Positions 36,230 to 46,861 of a stretch of DNA of 64,000 nt are shown one piece after another (the first letter of the stretch is position 1; each line of letters starts with the position of its first letter). Both the position numbers and the translations under genes were made by a program. The notes beneath the pieces are model-generated. The model made no database searches. It saw nothing but the letters and a program-made list of their open reading frames with translations, and was not told where the DNA came from. This stretch comes from an uncultured Clostridia bacterium (GTDB lineage Bacteria; Bacillota; Clostridia; Oscillospirales; JAAYOS01): assembly GCA_947593925.1 (NCBI GenBank), contig CANQDU010000005.1, positions 48,571 to 112,570 of the forward strand, in the 5' to 3' direction.

Positions 36230-37420
36230 TTACGCCTTGAACTTCAGCGGCTTGTTGTTTATCGAGTCCCAGACCGGGCTCATCGCGCGCAGACGTCCGA
36301 CGACCTGCTTTACCGAGTTCGCGATATAGTCGATGTCCTCCTCGGTAGCGTCCTCGCCGAAGGTGATGCGCAGACTGCCGTGGGCTATCTCGTGCTTGAG
36401 ACCTATCGCGAGCAGGACGTGGGACGGGTCGAGCGAGCCGCTCGTGCATGCCGAGCCGCTCGACGCCTGTATGCCGAGCTCGTCGAGGCCGAGGATCATT
36501 CCCTCGCCCTCGATGCCGTTTATGACGACCGACACGCAGGACGGAAGACGGTCGGTCGGGTGGCCGGTCGGCTGAGAGTAGGGCAGCTCGAGGATCTGCG
36601 AATAGAGCCGGTCGCGGAGCGCCGAAAGGCGCTTGTTCCGCTCCTCCATGCCCTCGGTCTGCTGCTTCAGCGCCGCCGTCATGCCGCATATCGAAGCGAC
36701 GTTTTCGGTGCCGGAACGTCTTCCGCGCTCGTGGCCGCCGCCGTCTATCAGGTTCACTATGCGGAGACCCGTGCGGAGGTAGAACGCGCCGCAGCCCTTC
36801 GGCCCGTGGAACTTGTGCGCCGAAAGCGACAGCATGTCCACGCCGAGCTCCTTCACGTCTATCGGGATGTGGCCGACGGCCTGCACCGCGTCGGTGTGGA
36901 ACAGGACGCCGCGCTCGTGCGCCACGGCCGCGAGCTCCTTTATCGGCTCTATCGTGCCTATCTCGTTATTCGCGAGCATTATCGAGACGAGGCAGGTATC
37001 GTCCCGGATGGCGCTCCTGAGGTCGTCCGGCGAGACGAGCCCGTACTTGTCAACGCCGAGCTCGGTCACTTCAAAGCCGTAGCGCTCGAGCGCGTGCGCG
37101 GACTCGCTCACGGCGTGGTGCTCTATGGCCGAGATTATGATGTGCTTCTTGCCCTTCGCGCTTGCGGCGACGCCCTTTATAGCCCAGTTGTCTCCCTCGG
37201 TGCCGCCGGAGGTGAAGTAGATCTCGTTCGGCTTCGCGCCGAGCGCCGCCGCCATGTCCGCGCGGGCGGCCTCTATCGCGCGGCGGGATACCCGCGCCGC
37301 CTCGTATACGCTCGAGGGGTTGCCGTAGTCCTCGCGCAGCCACGGGAGCATCGCCTCGAACGCGGCGTCGCCGAGCTTCGTCGTCGCCGCGTTGTCCGCA
37401 TAAATTCTGCGTTTTTCCAT
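36230..37420 (-). CDS. nifS: Cysteine desulfurase NifS/IscS family
   Basis: 396 aa: IYADNAATT, FTSGGTEGDNWAIKG, SAHKFHGPKG (PLP Lys), SSGSACTSG (active Cys). ATG 37420 is 6 nt after aaagagga. Confidence 0.9.
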   Translation of the reverse strand: MEKRRIYADNAATTKLGDAAFEAMLPWLREDYGNPSSVYEAARVSRRAIEAARADMAAALGAKPNEIYFTSGGTEGDNWAIKGVAASAKGKKHIIISAIEHHAVSESAHALERYGFEVTELGVDKYGLVSPDDLRSAIRDDTCLVSIMLANNEIGTIEPIKELAAVAHERGVLFHTDAVQAVGHIPIDVKELGVDMLSLSAHKFHGPKGCGAFYLRTGLRIVNLIDGGGHERGRRSGTENVASICGMTAALKQQTEGMEERNKRLSALRDRLYSQILELPYSQPTGHPTDRLPSCVSVVINGIEGEGMILGLDELGIQASSGSACTSGSLDPSHVLLAIGLKHEIAHGSLRITFGEDATEEDIDYIANSVKQVVGRLRAMSPVWDSINNKPLKFKA

Positions 37421-37580
37421 CGTCATTCCTCTTTCTAACGCGCTCGCCGGGGCGAACCGCCCTCCGTCGCGGCGCAATATCCGTCTATGCTTATTATACC
37501 ATGTTTGTCAATACTAACATAGCCCGCGCGCGGGAAAATTTCGCCGCGCCGCGCGCCCGACCGCGGCGCGCGCAAAAAGA

Positions 37581-37609
37581 TTGCAAGCCTCGGAAATCCG
37601 TGCTATAAT
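37581..37609 (+). promoter_or_regulatory. Promoter of gdpP-rplI-dnaB
   Basis: TTGCAA (37581-37586), 17 nt, TATAAT (37604-37609) with a TGc extended -10. Confidence 0.7.
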
Positions 37610-37693
37610 ATAGTATCTGTAATTTTCGGATTTTATAATTTCCGTCTTCGGCCGCCGCACGCGCGCCGGGGCGAGAGGAAAGGGGTGACGCCG

Positions 37694-39739
37694 ATGGCAA
37701 AACGCCGGTCGAGGCTTCAGCGGTTCATCGAACCGGGACTTCGCAGCTACTTTATCGTGTTCTTCCTTTACTGCGCGGCGCTGACGGTCGTCGCTCTGCT
37801 CGACGGGAACAAGGTCACGATGACCGTGATGGCCGTCATCGGCATAGCTCTGGGCGCGGCGGAGTTTGCCGCCTACCTGCGCTATGCGAGCCGCCGCAAG
37901 GCGGAGATCATGCGATACATCGACCGCATCGCCGGCGGCGTGGACGAGGCGAAGAACGCCGTTATAGAGACGCCGTTCCCCACCGCGATAATCCAGACCG
38001 GCTCGGGCGAGATAATCTGGACGAACGCCGCCTTCACGCAGATGACGGGCGAGCGCGAGCACTCGTTTGAGTTCCGGCTTGCGGACGTCCTGCCCGACTT
38101 CAGCCTCGCGTGGCTCACCGACGGCGGGAACGAAGCGCCGTCCCCCGTCCGCATCGGCGAGAAGTGGTACAACGTCTGCGGCTCCACCGACGTGAGCGGC
38201 GCTGGGCGCGGAGTGATAGGCACTCTGTACTTCATCGACTGCACCGAGTTCCACCGCCTGCGCGAGATATACGCGGCGACGCGCCCGGTCGTCGGCATAA
38301 TCCAGATAGACAACTACGACGAGATAAACAAGGACATCTCGGAGACGCAGAAGAGCGCCATCCTCGCCGCCGTTGACGACAAAATAAACGAGTGGACGGG
38401 CGACAGCGACTGTGTGCTGAAGAAGTACGACCGCGACCGCTATCTCATGCTCTGCGACCGCTCCACGCTCGACCGCTTCATCGAGGGCAAATTCTCGATA
38501 CTCGACGCGGCAAAGCAGATAGTCTCGCGCGACATTCCCGTGACGCTCAGCATCGGCTTCGGCGTGGAGGGCGCGAACCTCCGGGAGATGTTCGGGTTCG
38601 CGTCGCTCGGCATAGACATGGCGCTCAGCCGGGGCGGAGATCAGGCGGTCATAAAGAACAAGCTGAACTTCTCCTTCTACGGTGGACGGACGCAGGAGCT
38701 CGAAAAGCGCACGAAGATACGCAGCCGCGTCACGGCAAACGCGCTCTGCCGTCTCGCGCGGGATTCGAGCAGGGTGTTCGTGATGGGTCACAAGAACTCC
38801 GACCTCGACAGCGTCGGCGCGGCGGCGGGCGTCGTCTGCATCTGCCGCGCGCTCGGTGTGGAGGCGCACATAGTCCTCGACAGGAACGTCACCGCCGCGC
38901 GCGCGCTCGTCGAAAAGCTCGAGCGGCAGCCCGAGTACGCGGGGGTGTTCGTCTCGCCCTCCGACGCGATGATAGCGCTCGACCCGAAGTCCCTGCTCGT
39001 TATAGTGGACGTGAACCGTCCCGAAGTCACCGAGGCTCAGGAGCTGCTCGAGAGCGCGAACCGCGTCGCGGTCATAGACCACCACCGCCGCGCCGCGAGC
39101 TACATCTCAAACGCCGCGCTCAATCTGCACGAGCCCTATGCCAGCTCCGCAAGCGAGCTCGTCGTCGAGCTGATAAGCTACATCGAGCCCGCGCCGAGGC
39201 TCCTCCGCGCCGAGGCGGAGGCACTGCTCGCCGGCATCGAGCTCGACACCAAGAGCTTCACCATGCGCACCGGCGTGCGGACCTTCGAGGCGGCGGCGTC
39301 GCTCCGTCTCGCGGGGGCGGATCCCATAGAGATAAAGCGGCTGTTCCAGACGCCGATAGAGCAGTACTCCGAGCGCTGCCGCATCACCGCGAAGGCGACG
39401 CTCTACCGCAGCGTCATGGCGACGGTGCTGTGCGAGGAGGAGGAAGACCGAGTTACGGCGGCGCAGGCGGCGGACGAGCTGCTGACGATAACCGGCGTTC
39501 AGGCGAGCTTCATCGTGTTCCCGTCCGGGGGACAGATAGTCATTTCCGCCCGCTCGCTCGGGAATATAAACGTACAGGTCATACTCGAAAAGCTCGGCGG
39601 CGGCGGCCATCTCAATATGGCGGGCGCTCAGATAACCGGCGAGAGCCCGGAGATAGTCATGGGCCGCCTGTACCGCGCCATAGACAACTACCTCGCGGAC
39701 GAAGGAGCCGCAAAGCAGAACGCAAGCAAGCCCGGTTAG
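37694..39739 (+). CDS. gdpP: Cyclic-di-AMP phosphodiesterase GdpP (2 TM, PAS-like, degenerate GGDEF, DHH/DHHA1)
   Basis: 681 aa. Two N-terminal TM helices, [15 protein letters not shown] (DHH), [19 protein letters not shown] (DHHA1 GGGH). Sits upstream of rplI as in Bacillus. Confidence 0.85.
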   Translation: MAKRRSRLQRFIEPGLRSYFIVFFLYCAALTVVALLDGNKVTMTVMAVIGIALGAAEFAAYLRYASRRKAEIMRYIDRIAGGVDEAKNAVIETPFPTAIIQTGSGEIIWTNAAFTQMTGEREHSFEFRLADVLPDFSLAWLTDGGNEAPSPVRIGEKWYNVCGSTDVSGAGRGVIGTLYFIDCTEFHRLREIYAATRPVVGIIQIDNYDEINKDISETQKSAILAAVDDKINEWTGDSDCVLKKYDRDRYLMLCDRSTLDRFIEGKFSILDAAKQIVSRDIPVTLSIGFGVEGANLREMFGFASLGIDMALSRGGDQAVIKNKLNFSFYGGRTQELEKRTKIRSRVTANALCRLARDSSRVFVMGHKNSDLDSVGAAAGVVCICRALGVEAHIVLDRNVTAARALVEKLERQPEYAGVFVSPSDAMIALDPKSLLVIVDVNRPEVTEAQELLESANRVAVIDHHRRAASYISNAALNLHEPYASSASELVVELISYIEPAPRLLRAEAEALLAGIELDTKSFTMRTGVRTFEAAASLRLAGADPIEIKRLFQTPIEQYSERCRITAKATLYRSVMATVLCEEEEDRVTAAQAADELLTITGVQASFIVFPSGGQIVISARSLGNINVQVILEKLGGGGHLNMAGAQITGESPEIVMGRLYRAIDNYLADEGAAKQNASKPG

Positions 39740-39828
39740 GACGCGGAGCCCGCGGCGCATGCGCGGGTCGTTTCCGGGGACGGCAAGGCTCCGTTCCGCA
39801 GTCGAATAAAATGATCGGAGGTCATATA

Positions 39829-40272
39829 ATGCAGGTATTACTTTTGGAGGACGTCAAGGGTCAGGGCAAGAAGGGTCAGATAGTCAAGGTGAGCGACGGA
39901 TACGCGAGGAACTTCCTCTTCCCGCGCGGGCTTGCCAAGCCCGCCACGGCGGACGCGCTCAACACCGCCAAGATGAAGGAGCTCGCGCGCATCGACCAGG
40001 AGGCGCGGGAGAAGGCTGCGGCGGAGAGCATCGCAAAGGAGCTCGAGAGCATCGTCGTGCGCGTCGAGGCGAAGGCCGGCGCGGGCGGAAAGCTCTTCGG
40101 CTCGATCACGTCCAAGGAGATAGCGGACGCGCTCGAGCGTCAGCACGGCATCGCCATAGACAAGCGCAAGATAGTCCTCCCCGACCCGATAAAGCAGTAC
40201 GGCACGGTTCAGGTGCCCGCCCGCCTCGGCTTCGGGATCGAGGGGACGATAATAGTCCAGGTCACGGAGTAG
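39829..40272 (+). CDS. rplI: 50S ribosomal protein L9
   Basis: 147 aa: [36 protein letters not shown]. Only the last 147 codons of track ORF 38392..40272 are used. Confidence 0.95.
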   Translation: MQVLLLEDVKGQGKKGQIVKVSDGYARNFLFPRGLAKPATADALNTAKMKELARIDQEAREKAAAESIAKELESIVVRVEAKAGAGGKLFGSITSKEIADALERQHGIAIDKRKIVLPDPIKQYGTVQVPARLGFGIEGTIIVQVTE

Positions 40273-40289
40273 TCTGAGGATACCACAGG

Positions 40290-41630
40290 ATGGATGAATT
40301 CAACGCGCGCCGCGCGCCGCAAAACGTCGAGGCGGAGCAGTCTGTCATAGGCTCGATGATCCTTGACAGCCGATGCGTGGCCGAAGTGATAGAGCTGCTG
40401 AAGCCGGAGGACTTCTATCTGCGTGAGAACCGCGAGATATTCGCAACCATTCACCAGATGTTCACCCTCTCTCAGCCGATAGACCCGATAACGCTGCTCG
40501 ACCGCATGGAGTCGCGCGGCGTCAGAAGCGAGTCCTCGGAGGACTACATACGGCAGCTTCTCGAGGTCACGCCGACCTCCGCGAACGTCCGCTACTACGC
40601 CGAGATAGTGCGGGACAAGGCGCTCCTGCGCTCGGTGCTCGAGGCGGCGGGAGAGATAGACTCGATGGCGCGCGAGGGTGAGGAGGCCGCCGGTGCCGTC
40701 CTCGACTACGCCGAGCAGAGAATATACGACATACGTCAGGGACGGACCACCGGCTCCTTCCGCACGATGGGCGAGGTGCTTGTCGATGTGTACGACCGCA
40801 TCGACGAGCTCGCGCAGCACCCCGGCGAGCTTCCCGGCCTCACCACCGGATTCGGCGAGCTCGACCAGATAATCACCGGCCTCAACAAGAGCGACCTCGT
40901 GCTCATCGCCTGCCGCCCCGGCATGGGCAAGACGACCATCGCTTTAAACATGGCGCTCTCCGCCGCGAAGAAGAGCGGTAAGGACATCGTGTTCTTCTCG
41001 CTCGAAATGTCCGCGGAGCAGCTCGCGACCCGCGCGCTCGCGACGGAAAGCCTCATCGACTCGAACAAGCTTATAACCGGCACGCTCTCGCCCGAGGACT
41101 GGAACGAGGTCGCGCCGGCGTCCGAGCGTCTCAGCCGTCTCGGGATACTCATAGACGACAATCCGGGCATCACCCCCGCCGAGATGAAGGCGAAGTGCCG
41201 CAGGATAAAGAACCTGGGTCTCGTGATAATCGACTACCTCCAGCTCATGACTACCGGCTCGCGCAGAAGCGACAACCGCGTCCAGGAAGTGAGTGAAATG
41301 AGCCGTTCGCTCAAAATAATGGCAAAGGAGCTGAACGTCCCCATCCTCTGCCTCAGTCAGCTCTCCCGCGCGAACGAGAAGCGTCAGGACAAGCGCCCGA
41401 TGCTCTCCGACCTGCGCGAGTCCGGCGCGATAGAGCAGGACGCGGACGTCATCATGTTCCTCTACCGCGACGACTACTACGACCCGGAGTCCCCGAACCG
41501 CAGCTTCGCGGAGCTGAACGTGGCGAAGAACCGCCACGGCAGGACCGGCACGATAAAGCTGAAATTCATGCCGCAGTTCTCGCTCTTTACTCAGCCGGAG
41601 AGCCGGTACGACGGCAGCGAGCCCGGATAA
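40290..41630 (+). CDS. dnaB: Replicative DNA helicase
   Basis: 446 aa: PQNVEAEQSVIGSMILD, Walker A ACRPGMGKTT, IIDYLQLM, SQLSRANEKR. Confidence 0.95.
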   Translation: MDEFNARRAPQNVEAEQSVIGSMILDSRCVAEVIELLKPEDFYLRENREIFATIHQMFTLSQPIDPITLLDRMESRGVRSESSEDYIRQLLEVTPTSANVRYYAEIVRDKALLRSVLEAAGEIDSMAREGEEAAGAVLDYAEQRIYDIRQGRTTGSFRTMGEVLVDVYDRIDELAQHPGELPGLTTGFGELDQIITGLNKSDLVLIACRPGMGKTTIALNMALSAAKKSGKDIVFFSLEMSAEQLATRALATESLIDSNKLITGTLSPEDWNEVAPASERLSRLGILIDDNPGITPAEMKAKCRRIKNLGLVIIDYLQLMTTGSRRSDNRVQEVSEMSRSLKIMAKELNVPILCLSQLSRANEKRQDKRPMLSDLRESGAIEQDADVIMFLYRDDYYDPESPNRSFAELNVAKNRHGRTGTIKLKFMPQFSLFTQPESRYDGSEPG

Positions 41631-41681
41631 CCGCCGGAAATCACACAAACGCCGCTTCAGCGGCCAAAACAGGAGACAAAT

Positions 41682-43031
41682 ATGCAGGCAGCCCACCTTT
41701 TACGCGCATACCGTCCCGAGTGGGGCGCGAGGTTACTCGTCGCCCTCAGCGGCGGCGCGGATTCGGCGGCGCTGCTTGCCGCTTTATGCGAAAAATTCGG
41801 CGCGGAGACGATCGCCGCTGCGCACGTAAATCACTGTCTGCGCGGCGCGGAGAGCGACCGCGACGAGGCGTTCTGCCGCGAGCTCTGCCAACGGCTCGGC
41901 GTTCCCTTCACCGCCGCGCGGCGCGATGTCCGCGCCGAGGCGCGGCGCGGTGAGAGCATCGAGGACGCCGCGCGGCGCATACGCTATGAGGAGCTTGTCC
42001 GCGCCGCTCGCGACGGCGGCTTTGAGTTCGTAGCGACGGCGCACAACGCAAACGACAACGCCGAGACCGTCCTTATGAACCTCATACGCGGCGCGGGCGC
42101 CGCCGGCGCCGCCGGTATCCCGCCCGAGCGCCGTCTTGCGGAGGGAGTGACGGTCGTCCGTCCGCTGCTCGCGGCGACGCGCGCGGAGATACTTGCGTTC
42201 CTTGAGGAGCGCGGCCTCCCGCACGTCGAGGACAGCACGAACGCCTCCACCGACTACACACGGAACTTCATCCGCCGCGAGGTGATGCCGCGCCTCACAG
42301 CGGCGAACAGCGCCGCCGTCGAGCATATATGCGCCGCGGCGGAGTCGCTCCGCGCGGACGAGGAGCACCTTGCGCGTGAGGCTTCGGCGCTTTTCGACGC
42401 GACGGCGCTTGAGTGCGCGGACGGCGAAGTCTCGCTCTCGACATCGGTCTTACTCGCCGCTCCGGAGCCGGTGGCGCTCCGCGCCCTGCGGCTCGCGCAC
42501 GTCCGCGCGGGCGGAGGCTCGCTCGAGAGGACGCACACCGAGGCGCTGTACGCGCTCTGCCGTTCGCGCGACCCGTCCGCCGCAGTCAGTCTGCCGCACG
42601 GCATTGCCGCCCGCCGCGTCTACGACGCTGTCGTATTCTCGCGCGGCGGCGCGCGGCGGTACTCCGTCGGCTTCCGCGAGACGGTCGCGCCGAAGTTGAA
42701 GAGCGGCGGCGGCTTTGATTCCGGCCGCGCGGTCTTTCTCCGTGCGGACCGGCGCTACTCCGTCCGCACGCGTGCCGTTGGGGACGAGTTCCGCGCGGCG
42801 GGACGCGGTGTCACGAAGTCTATAAAGAAGCTGATGATCGAGTTGAAGATACCGGCGCGCGAGCGGGAGGGCTTTCCGCTCGTCATGGATGAGAACGGCG
42901 CTATAGCCGCCGTGCCCGGCTTCGCGGCGGCGGAGGGCTTCGCCGCGCGCGAGGGGGAGCCCGCCGTCGAGGTGCGGCTCCTCGCGGAGGAGGACGGTTC
43001 CTCGGGCGAAGAAGAGTCCCGTTCGGAGTAG
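41682..43031 (+). CDS. tilS: tRNA(Ile)-lysidine synthetase
   Basis: 449 aa. PP-loop VALSGGADSAAL, ATAHNANDNAETVLMNLIRG. Upstream of hpt-ftsH as in other Bacillota. Confidence 0.9.
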   Translation: MQAAHLLRAYRPEWGARLLVALSGGADSAALLAALCEKFGAETIAAAHVNHCLRGAESDRDEAFCRELCQRLGVPFTAARRDVRAEARRGESIEDAARRIRYEELVRAARDGGFEFVATAHNANDNAETVLMNLIRGAGAAGAAGIPPERRLAEGVTVVRPLLAATRAEILAFLEERGLPHVEDSTNASTDYTRNFIRREVMPRLTAANSAAVEHICAAAESLRADEEHLAREASALFDATALECADGEVSLSTSVLLAAPEPVALRALRLAHVRAGGGSLERTHTEALYALCRSRDPSAAVSLPHGIAARRVYDAVVFSRGGARRYSVGFRETVAPKLKSGGGFDSGRAVFLRADRRYSVRTRAVGDEFRAAGRGVTKSIKKLMIELKIPAREREGFPLVMDENGAIAAVPGFAAAEGFAAREGEPAVEVRLLAEEDGSSGEEESRSE

Positions 43032-43154
43032 TATCTTTTCGCTCTGCGGGAAAATGTAGTGAAATTTCCCGGGATATATGTTATAATTAGGTGAATGATT
43101 TCCCGGCGGAGGAAATGTTTTCCGCTTTTACAAATGTTTGGGAGGGATATGTCG

Positions 43155-43691
43155 ATGATGAAGGATATATCGGAGGTGCTGTACAGCGAGGAGGAGCTTT
43201 CCGCGCGCGTGCATGAGCTTGGCGCGCAGATAACAAAGGACTACGAGGGGAAGAGTCCTCTGCTCGTCGGTGTGCTGAAGGGCTCCTTCGTGTTCATGGC
43301 CGACCTTGTACGCGCGATAGACCTGCCCTGTGAGATCGACTTCATGGTCGTTTCGAGCTACGGCAGCGGCACAAAGACGAACGGCGCGGTGCAGATAATC
43401 AAGGATCTGCAGGTAGATATCGCCGGACGGGACATAATAGTCATCGAGGACATCCTCGACAGCGGCATGACCCTCAGCTATCTGAGCGGCATACTCTCGG
43501 AGCGCGGCGCGGCGTCCATAAAGATCTGCACGCTGCTCGACAAGCCGGCGCGCCGCATGGCGCCCGTGACCCCCGCCTACAAGGGTTTCACGATAGACGA
43601 CAAGTTCATCGTCGGCTACGGCCTCGACTACGCCGAGAGGTACCGCAACCTGCCGTTTATCGGGGTGCTGGACCCGAAGGTTTACAGCTAA
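43155..43691 (+). CDS. hpt: Hypoxanthine phosphoribosyltransferase
   Basis: 178 aa: LLVGVLKGSFVFMADL, PRPP loop IIVIEDILDSGMTLSYL, FIVGYGLDYAERYRNLP. Start chosen 8 nt after ggaggg; 43149 and 43158 are also possible. Confidence 0.9.
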   Translation: MMKDISEVLYSEEELSARVHELGAQITKDYEGKSPLLVGVLKGSFVFMADLVRAIDLPCEIDFMVVSSYGSGTKTNGAVQIIKDLQVDIAGRDIIVIEDILDSGMTLSYLSGILSERGAASIKICTLLDKPARRMAPVTPAYKGFTIDDKFIVGYGLDYAERYRNLPFIGVLDPKVYS

Positions 43692-43952
43692 GAAATCTCG
43701 CGGGAAATCGTGCGGGCTTCGCCCGCAACCTATTTCCCGCGAGGCCGTCGGACAGAGCGGAGCTCTGCCGACGGCAAGCGCTACGCTACGCGCCGAGTTT
43801 TCCGCCTTCGGCGGAAAATCGACGCACGCTTCGCGAGAGGTGTTTTTTCCGACGTACACGCCGCCGGAAAAAACGGATTTAAATTATCGCCGCCTTCGGC
43901 GGCGAACTCTGCGAGGCTTTTGGTCGGGGTGCGGCTTAGACCGCAAGGGCGC
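43692..43952. repeat. Modular hairpin repeat, partial copy (H0, M5, M6, M7 modules)
   Basis: ctcgcgggaaat..atttcccgcgag nested hairpin; gccttcggcggaaaatcgacgcacgct; ttttttccgacgtacacgccgccggaaaaaa; cgccgccttcggcggcgaactctgcgaggctt. All match modules at 27040-27160. Confidence 0.8.
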
Positions 43953-44070
43953 TTTTTTTGCAAAGCGGAAGGCTGAGAAATACGCTTCTTGGATAGCGGA
44001 AGGCTGAAAGCGCGAGTGTGATTTTCCGGGATATGGTTTTCGCATAATTGTTTTGATAAGGAGATAGCTT

Positions 44071-46089
44071 TTGAAAAGGAAACTTGGATTTAAGGACATA
44101 CTTTTCTACATTATCATCATTTTTGTGCTGGTAATGGCGGTGTGGGTGCTGTTCAGCTCCTCGCGGCCGCCCGAGGCGAGCTACAGCGACGTGTACCGCT
44201 GGTTTACGGGCGGTCAGGTGCGCGAGATGTATATGGAGGGCGACACCATGACCCTCGGCCTCGCGGACGGCACCACGGCGACCTACACCGAGTCGAACAT
44301 CTCGTGGTTCTACAACGACCTCGGCGACACGATACGCCGCCAGCTCGACGACGGGACGATAAAGCTGCTCGACCGCGTTCCCGGCTACGAGACGCCGTGG
44401 TGGGCGATGTTCATTCCGTATATCATCATTATCGCGGTGTTCCTCGGCGGCTGGTTCTTCGTGATGAACCGCGCGAGCGGCGCGGGCGGCGGCAGCGGTC
44501 CCGCAAACAAGTTCGGCAAGGCGCATGCGCGCCTCGCCTCCGACGAGAAGAACAAAATAACCTTTGCGGACGTCGCCGGAGCGGTCGAGGAGAAGGAGGA
44601 GCTCCGCGAGATCGTCGATTTCCTCCGCGACCCGAAGAAGTTCACCGAGGTCGGCGCGCGCATCCCGAAGGGCGTACTGCTCGTCGGCCCTCCGGGCACC
44701 GGCAAGACCTACCTCGCGCGCGCCGTCGCGGGCGAGGCGGGCGTGCAGTTCCTCTCGATATCCGGCTCGGACTTCGTCGAGCTGTACGTCGGCGTCGGCG
44801 CGAGCCGTGTCCGCGACCTGTTCGAGCAGGCGAAGAAGGCGTCCCCGTCGATAGTGTTCATCGACGAGATCGACGCCGTCGGACGGCACCGCGGCGCGGG
44901 CACCGGCGGCGGCCACGACGAACGCGAGCAGACATTGAACCAGCTCCTCGTCGAGATGGACGGCTTCTCCAATAACGAGGGGATAATCGTCATGGCGGCG
45001 ACGAACCGTCAGGACATCCTCGACCCCGCGCTCATGCGTCCGGGGCGCTTCGACAGGCAGGTATACGTCGGCCTGCCCGACGTGCGCGAGCGCGAGGCGG
45101 TGCTTCGCATACACTCCCGCGCGAAGCCGCTCGACGCGGACGTCGATCTCTCGGTCATAGCCAAGACCTGCGGCGGCTTCAGCCCCGCGGACCTCGAGAA
45201 CCTCATGAACGAGGCGGCGCTTCTCGCCGTCCGCATGGGCAGGCGGGTGATAACGAACGAGGACATCGAGGAGGCGATGATAAAGGTCATCGCCGGCCCC
45301 GCGAAGAAGACGCGCGTCATATCCGAGAAGGAGCGCCGTCTCACCGCATACCACGAGGCGGGCCACGCCGTCGTGATGAAGTGCCTCGTCCACCACGACC
45401 CGGTTCACCAGATCTCGATAATCCCGCGCGGTCAGGCCGGCGGCATGACTATCTCGCTGCCGGACGAGGACAAGAGCTTCATGAGCCGGAGCGAGATGTT
45501 TGAGCAGATAGTGAGCCTGCTCGGCGGGCGCGTCGCGGAAAAGCTCGTCCTTGACGACATATCCACCGGCGCCTCTAACGACATCGAGCGCGCCACCGAC
45601 ATCGCCCGCAAGATGGTCACGCGCTACGGCATGAGCGACGCGCTCGGCCCCATCGCCTACGGCTCGGATCACGACGAGGTGTTCCTCGGCCGTGAGATAG
45701 GCCACATGCAGACCTACTCCGAGGCGGTCGCGGCGCGCATAGACGTTGAGATAAAGAAGATAGTAGACGAGGCATACGCCCGCTGCGAACAGATACTCAC
45801 AAGCGAGCTCATGCGGCTCCACGGCGTTGCGGGATACCTGCTCGAGTACGAGACGATGGACTCCGAGACCTTCGACCACTACTTCGATACCGGCGAGCTG
45901 CTTGCGCCGGACGGCGCGGCGGAGGATCCCGGCCTGCCCGTGGAGGATGTTCCGCTCGCGTTCGAGTTCCCCGAGATGCACGACCTCGCGGAGGCGGAGC
46001 GGGACGCGGAACGGCTCGTAGACGAGCTCCTGAGCGGACGCGGCAAGGAGAAGCCGGACGACGATCAGCAGAGCCTCTGGAAGGATTGA
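44071..46089 (+). CDS. ftsH: ATP-dependent zinc metalloprotease FtsH
   Basis: 672 aa. TTG start 7 nt after aaggag. Walker [12 protein letters not shown] region, HEAGH zinc motif. Confidence 0.95.
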   Translation: MKRKLGFKDILFYIIIIFVLVMAVWVLFSSSRPPEASYSDVYRWFTGGQVREMYMEGDTMTLGLADGTTATYTESNISWFYNDLGDTIRRQLDDGTIKLLDRVPGYETPWWAMFIPYIIIIAVFLGGWFFVMNRASGAGGGSGPANKFGKAHARLASDEKNKITFADVAGAVEEKEELREIVDFLRDPKKFTEVGARIPKGVLLVGPPGTGKTYLARAVAGEAGVQFLSISGSDFVELYVGVGASRVRDLFEQAKKASPSIVFIDEIDAVGRHRGAGTGGGHDEREQTLNQLLVEMDGFSNNEGIIVMAATNRQDILDPALMRPGRFDRQVYVGLPDVREREAVLRIHSRAKPLDADVDLSVIAKTCGGFSPADLENLMNEAALLAVRMGRRVITNEDIEEAMIKVIAGPAKKTRVISEKERRLTAYHEAGHAVVMKCLVHHDPVHQISIIPRGQAGGMTISLPDEDKSFMSRSEMFEQIVSLLGGRVAEKLVLDDISTGASNDIERATDIARKMVTRYGMSDALGPIAYGSDHDEVFLGREIGHMQTYSEAVAARIDVEIKKIVDEAYARCEQILTSELMRLHGVAGYLLEYETMDSETFDHYFDTGELLAPDGAAEDPGLPVEDVPLAFEFPEMHDLAEAERDAERLVDELLSGRGKEKPDDDQQSLWKD

Positions 46090-46100
46090 CAGAAATGCAA

Positions 46101-46133
46101 AAAATCGGGAACGCCAAAGGCGTTCCCGATTTT
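46101..46133. terminator. Bidirectional terminator (ftsH / PQ-rich membrane protein)
   Basis: AAAATCGGGAACGCC aaa GGCGTTCCCGATTTT. Confidence 0.8.
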
Positions 46134-46166
46134 ACGCTGTGTGGGAAAGTTTGCCGCGCGGCGCGG

Positions 46167-46712
46167 TTAGCGTCCGAGGCGGCGCGATATGTCGTCGAGC
46201 TTCGCGTTAGCGTCGGCAGTGCTCGAGGCGATGTTCTTCACGTTCTTCGCGAGATCGAGGAAGATCATCGTTCCCGCTATCAGAAGAAACGACATGAATG
46301 TGCCGACAATGATGGTGAGTATCCCCGAGATCACCATTCCGCCGTTGTAGTAGTAGGGGTTCGACGCGCTCAATATCTGCACCACGCCGCCTATCACCAC
46401 CGCCAGCTCGACTATCACAAACAGTATCCACGTTATGACGCGCATGAAAGCTATCCAGCCGCCGCCCTTGCCGTGCCTCGAGGTGTCCTCGGGTATGTAC
46501 TGCGGGTACTGCACCGGCGCGGCGTACTGCGGCTGCGGGCGGTATCCGTACGGCGGCTGTTGCGGCTGCGGCTGGTACTGCTGCGGCTGATATGTCTGCC
46601 GGGGCTGTCCGTACTGCGGCTGCGGCTCGGCCTGCGGCTGGTACTGCTGCGGCTCGGTCTGCGGCTGAGTCTCTGCCGGCTGTTCCGCGACCTCGTTCCT
46701 GTTTTCGTCCAT
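46167..46712 (-). CDS. Hypothetical membrane protein with Gln/Pro/Tyr-rich N-terminal region
   Basis: 181 aa from MDENRNEV (ATG after ggaagggagaag). PQ(Q)Y repeats, then 3 hydrophobic helices and a short charged tail. Confidence 0.6.
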   Translation of the reverse strand: MDENRNEVAEQPAETQPQTEPQQYQPQAEPQPQYGQPRQTYQPQQYQPQPQQPPYGYRPQPQYAAPVQYPQYIPEDTSRHGKGGGWIAFMRVITWILFVIVELAVVIGGVVQILSASNPYYYNGGMVISGILTIIVGTFMSFLLIAGTMIFLDLAKNVKNIASSTADANAKLDDISRRLGR

Positions 46713-46861
46713 AAGCTCTTCTCCCTTCCATGCGGGCAAAGTGCCCGACCTTGCATAAAGTATACTTCTTTCCGGGAAACATGTCAATAAATTTTGCAAA
46801 TCGGCGCTGTGCGGGCGGTTTTCCGCCCGCACAGCGCTATAGTTTATGGGAGGGATAAAGT

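Noticed and set aside
38392-40272. 626-aa plus-strand ORF
   Set aside because: Only the last 147 codons (from ATG 39829) encode ribosomal protein L9. The upstream part is an alternative frame of gdpP with Arg/Gly/Pro-rich nonsense.
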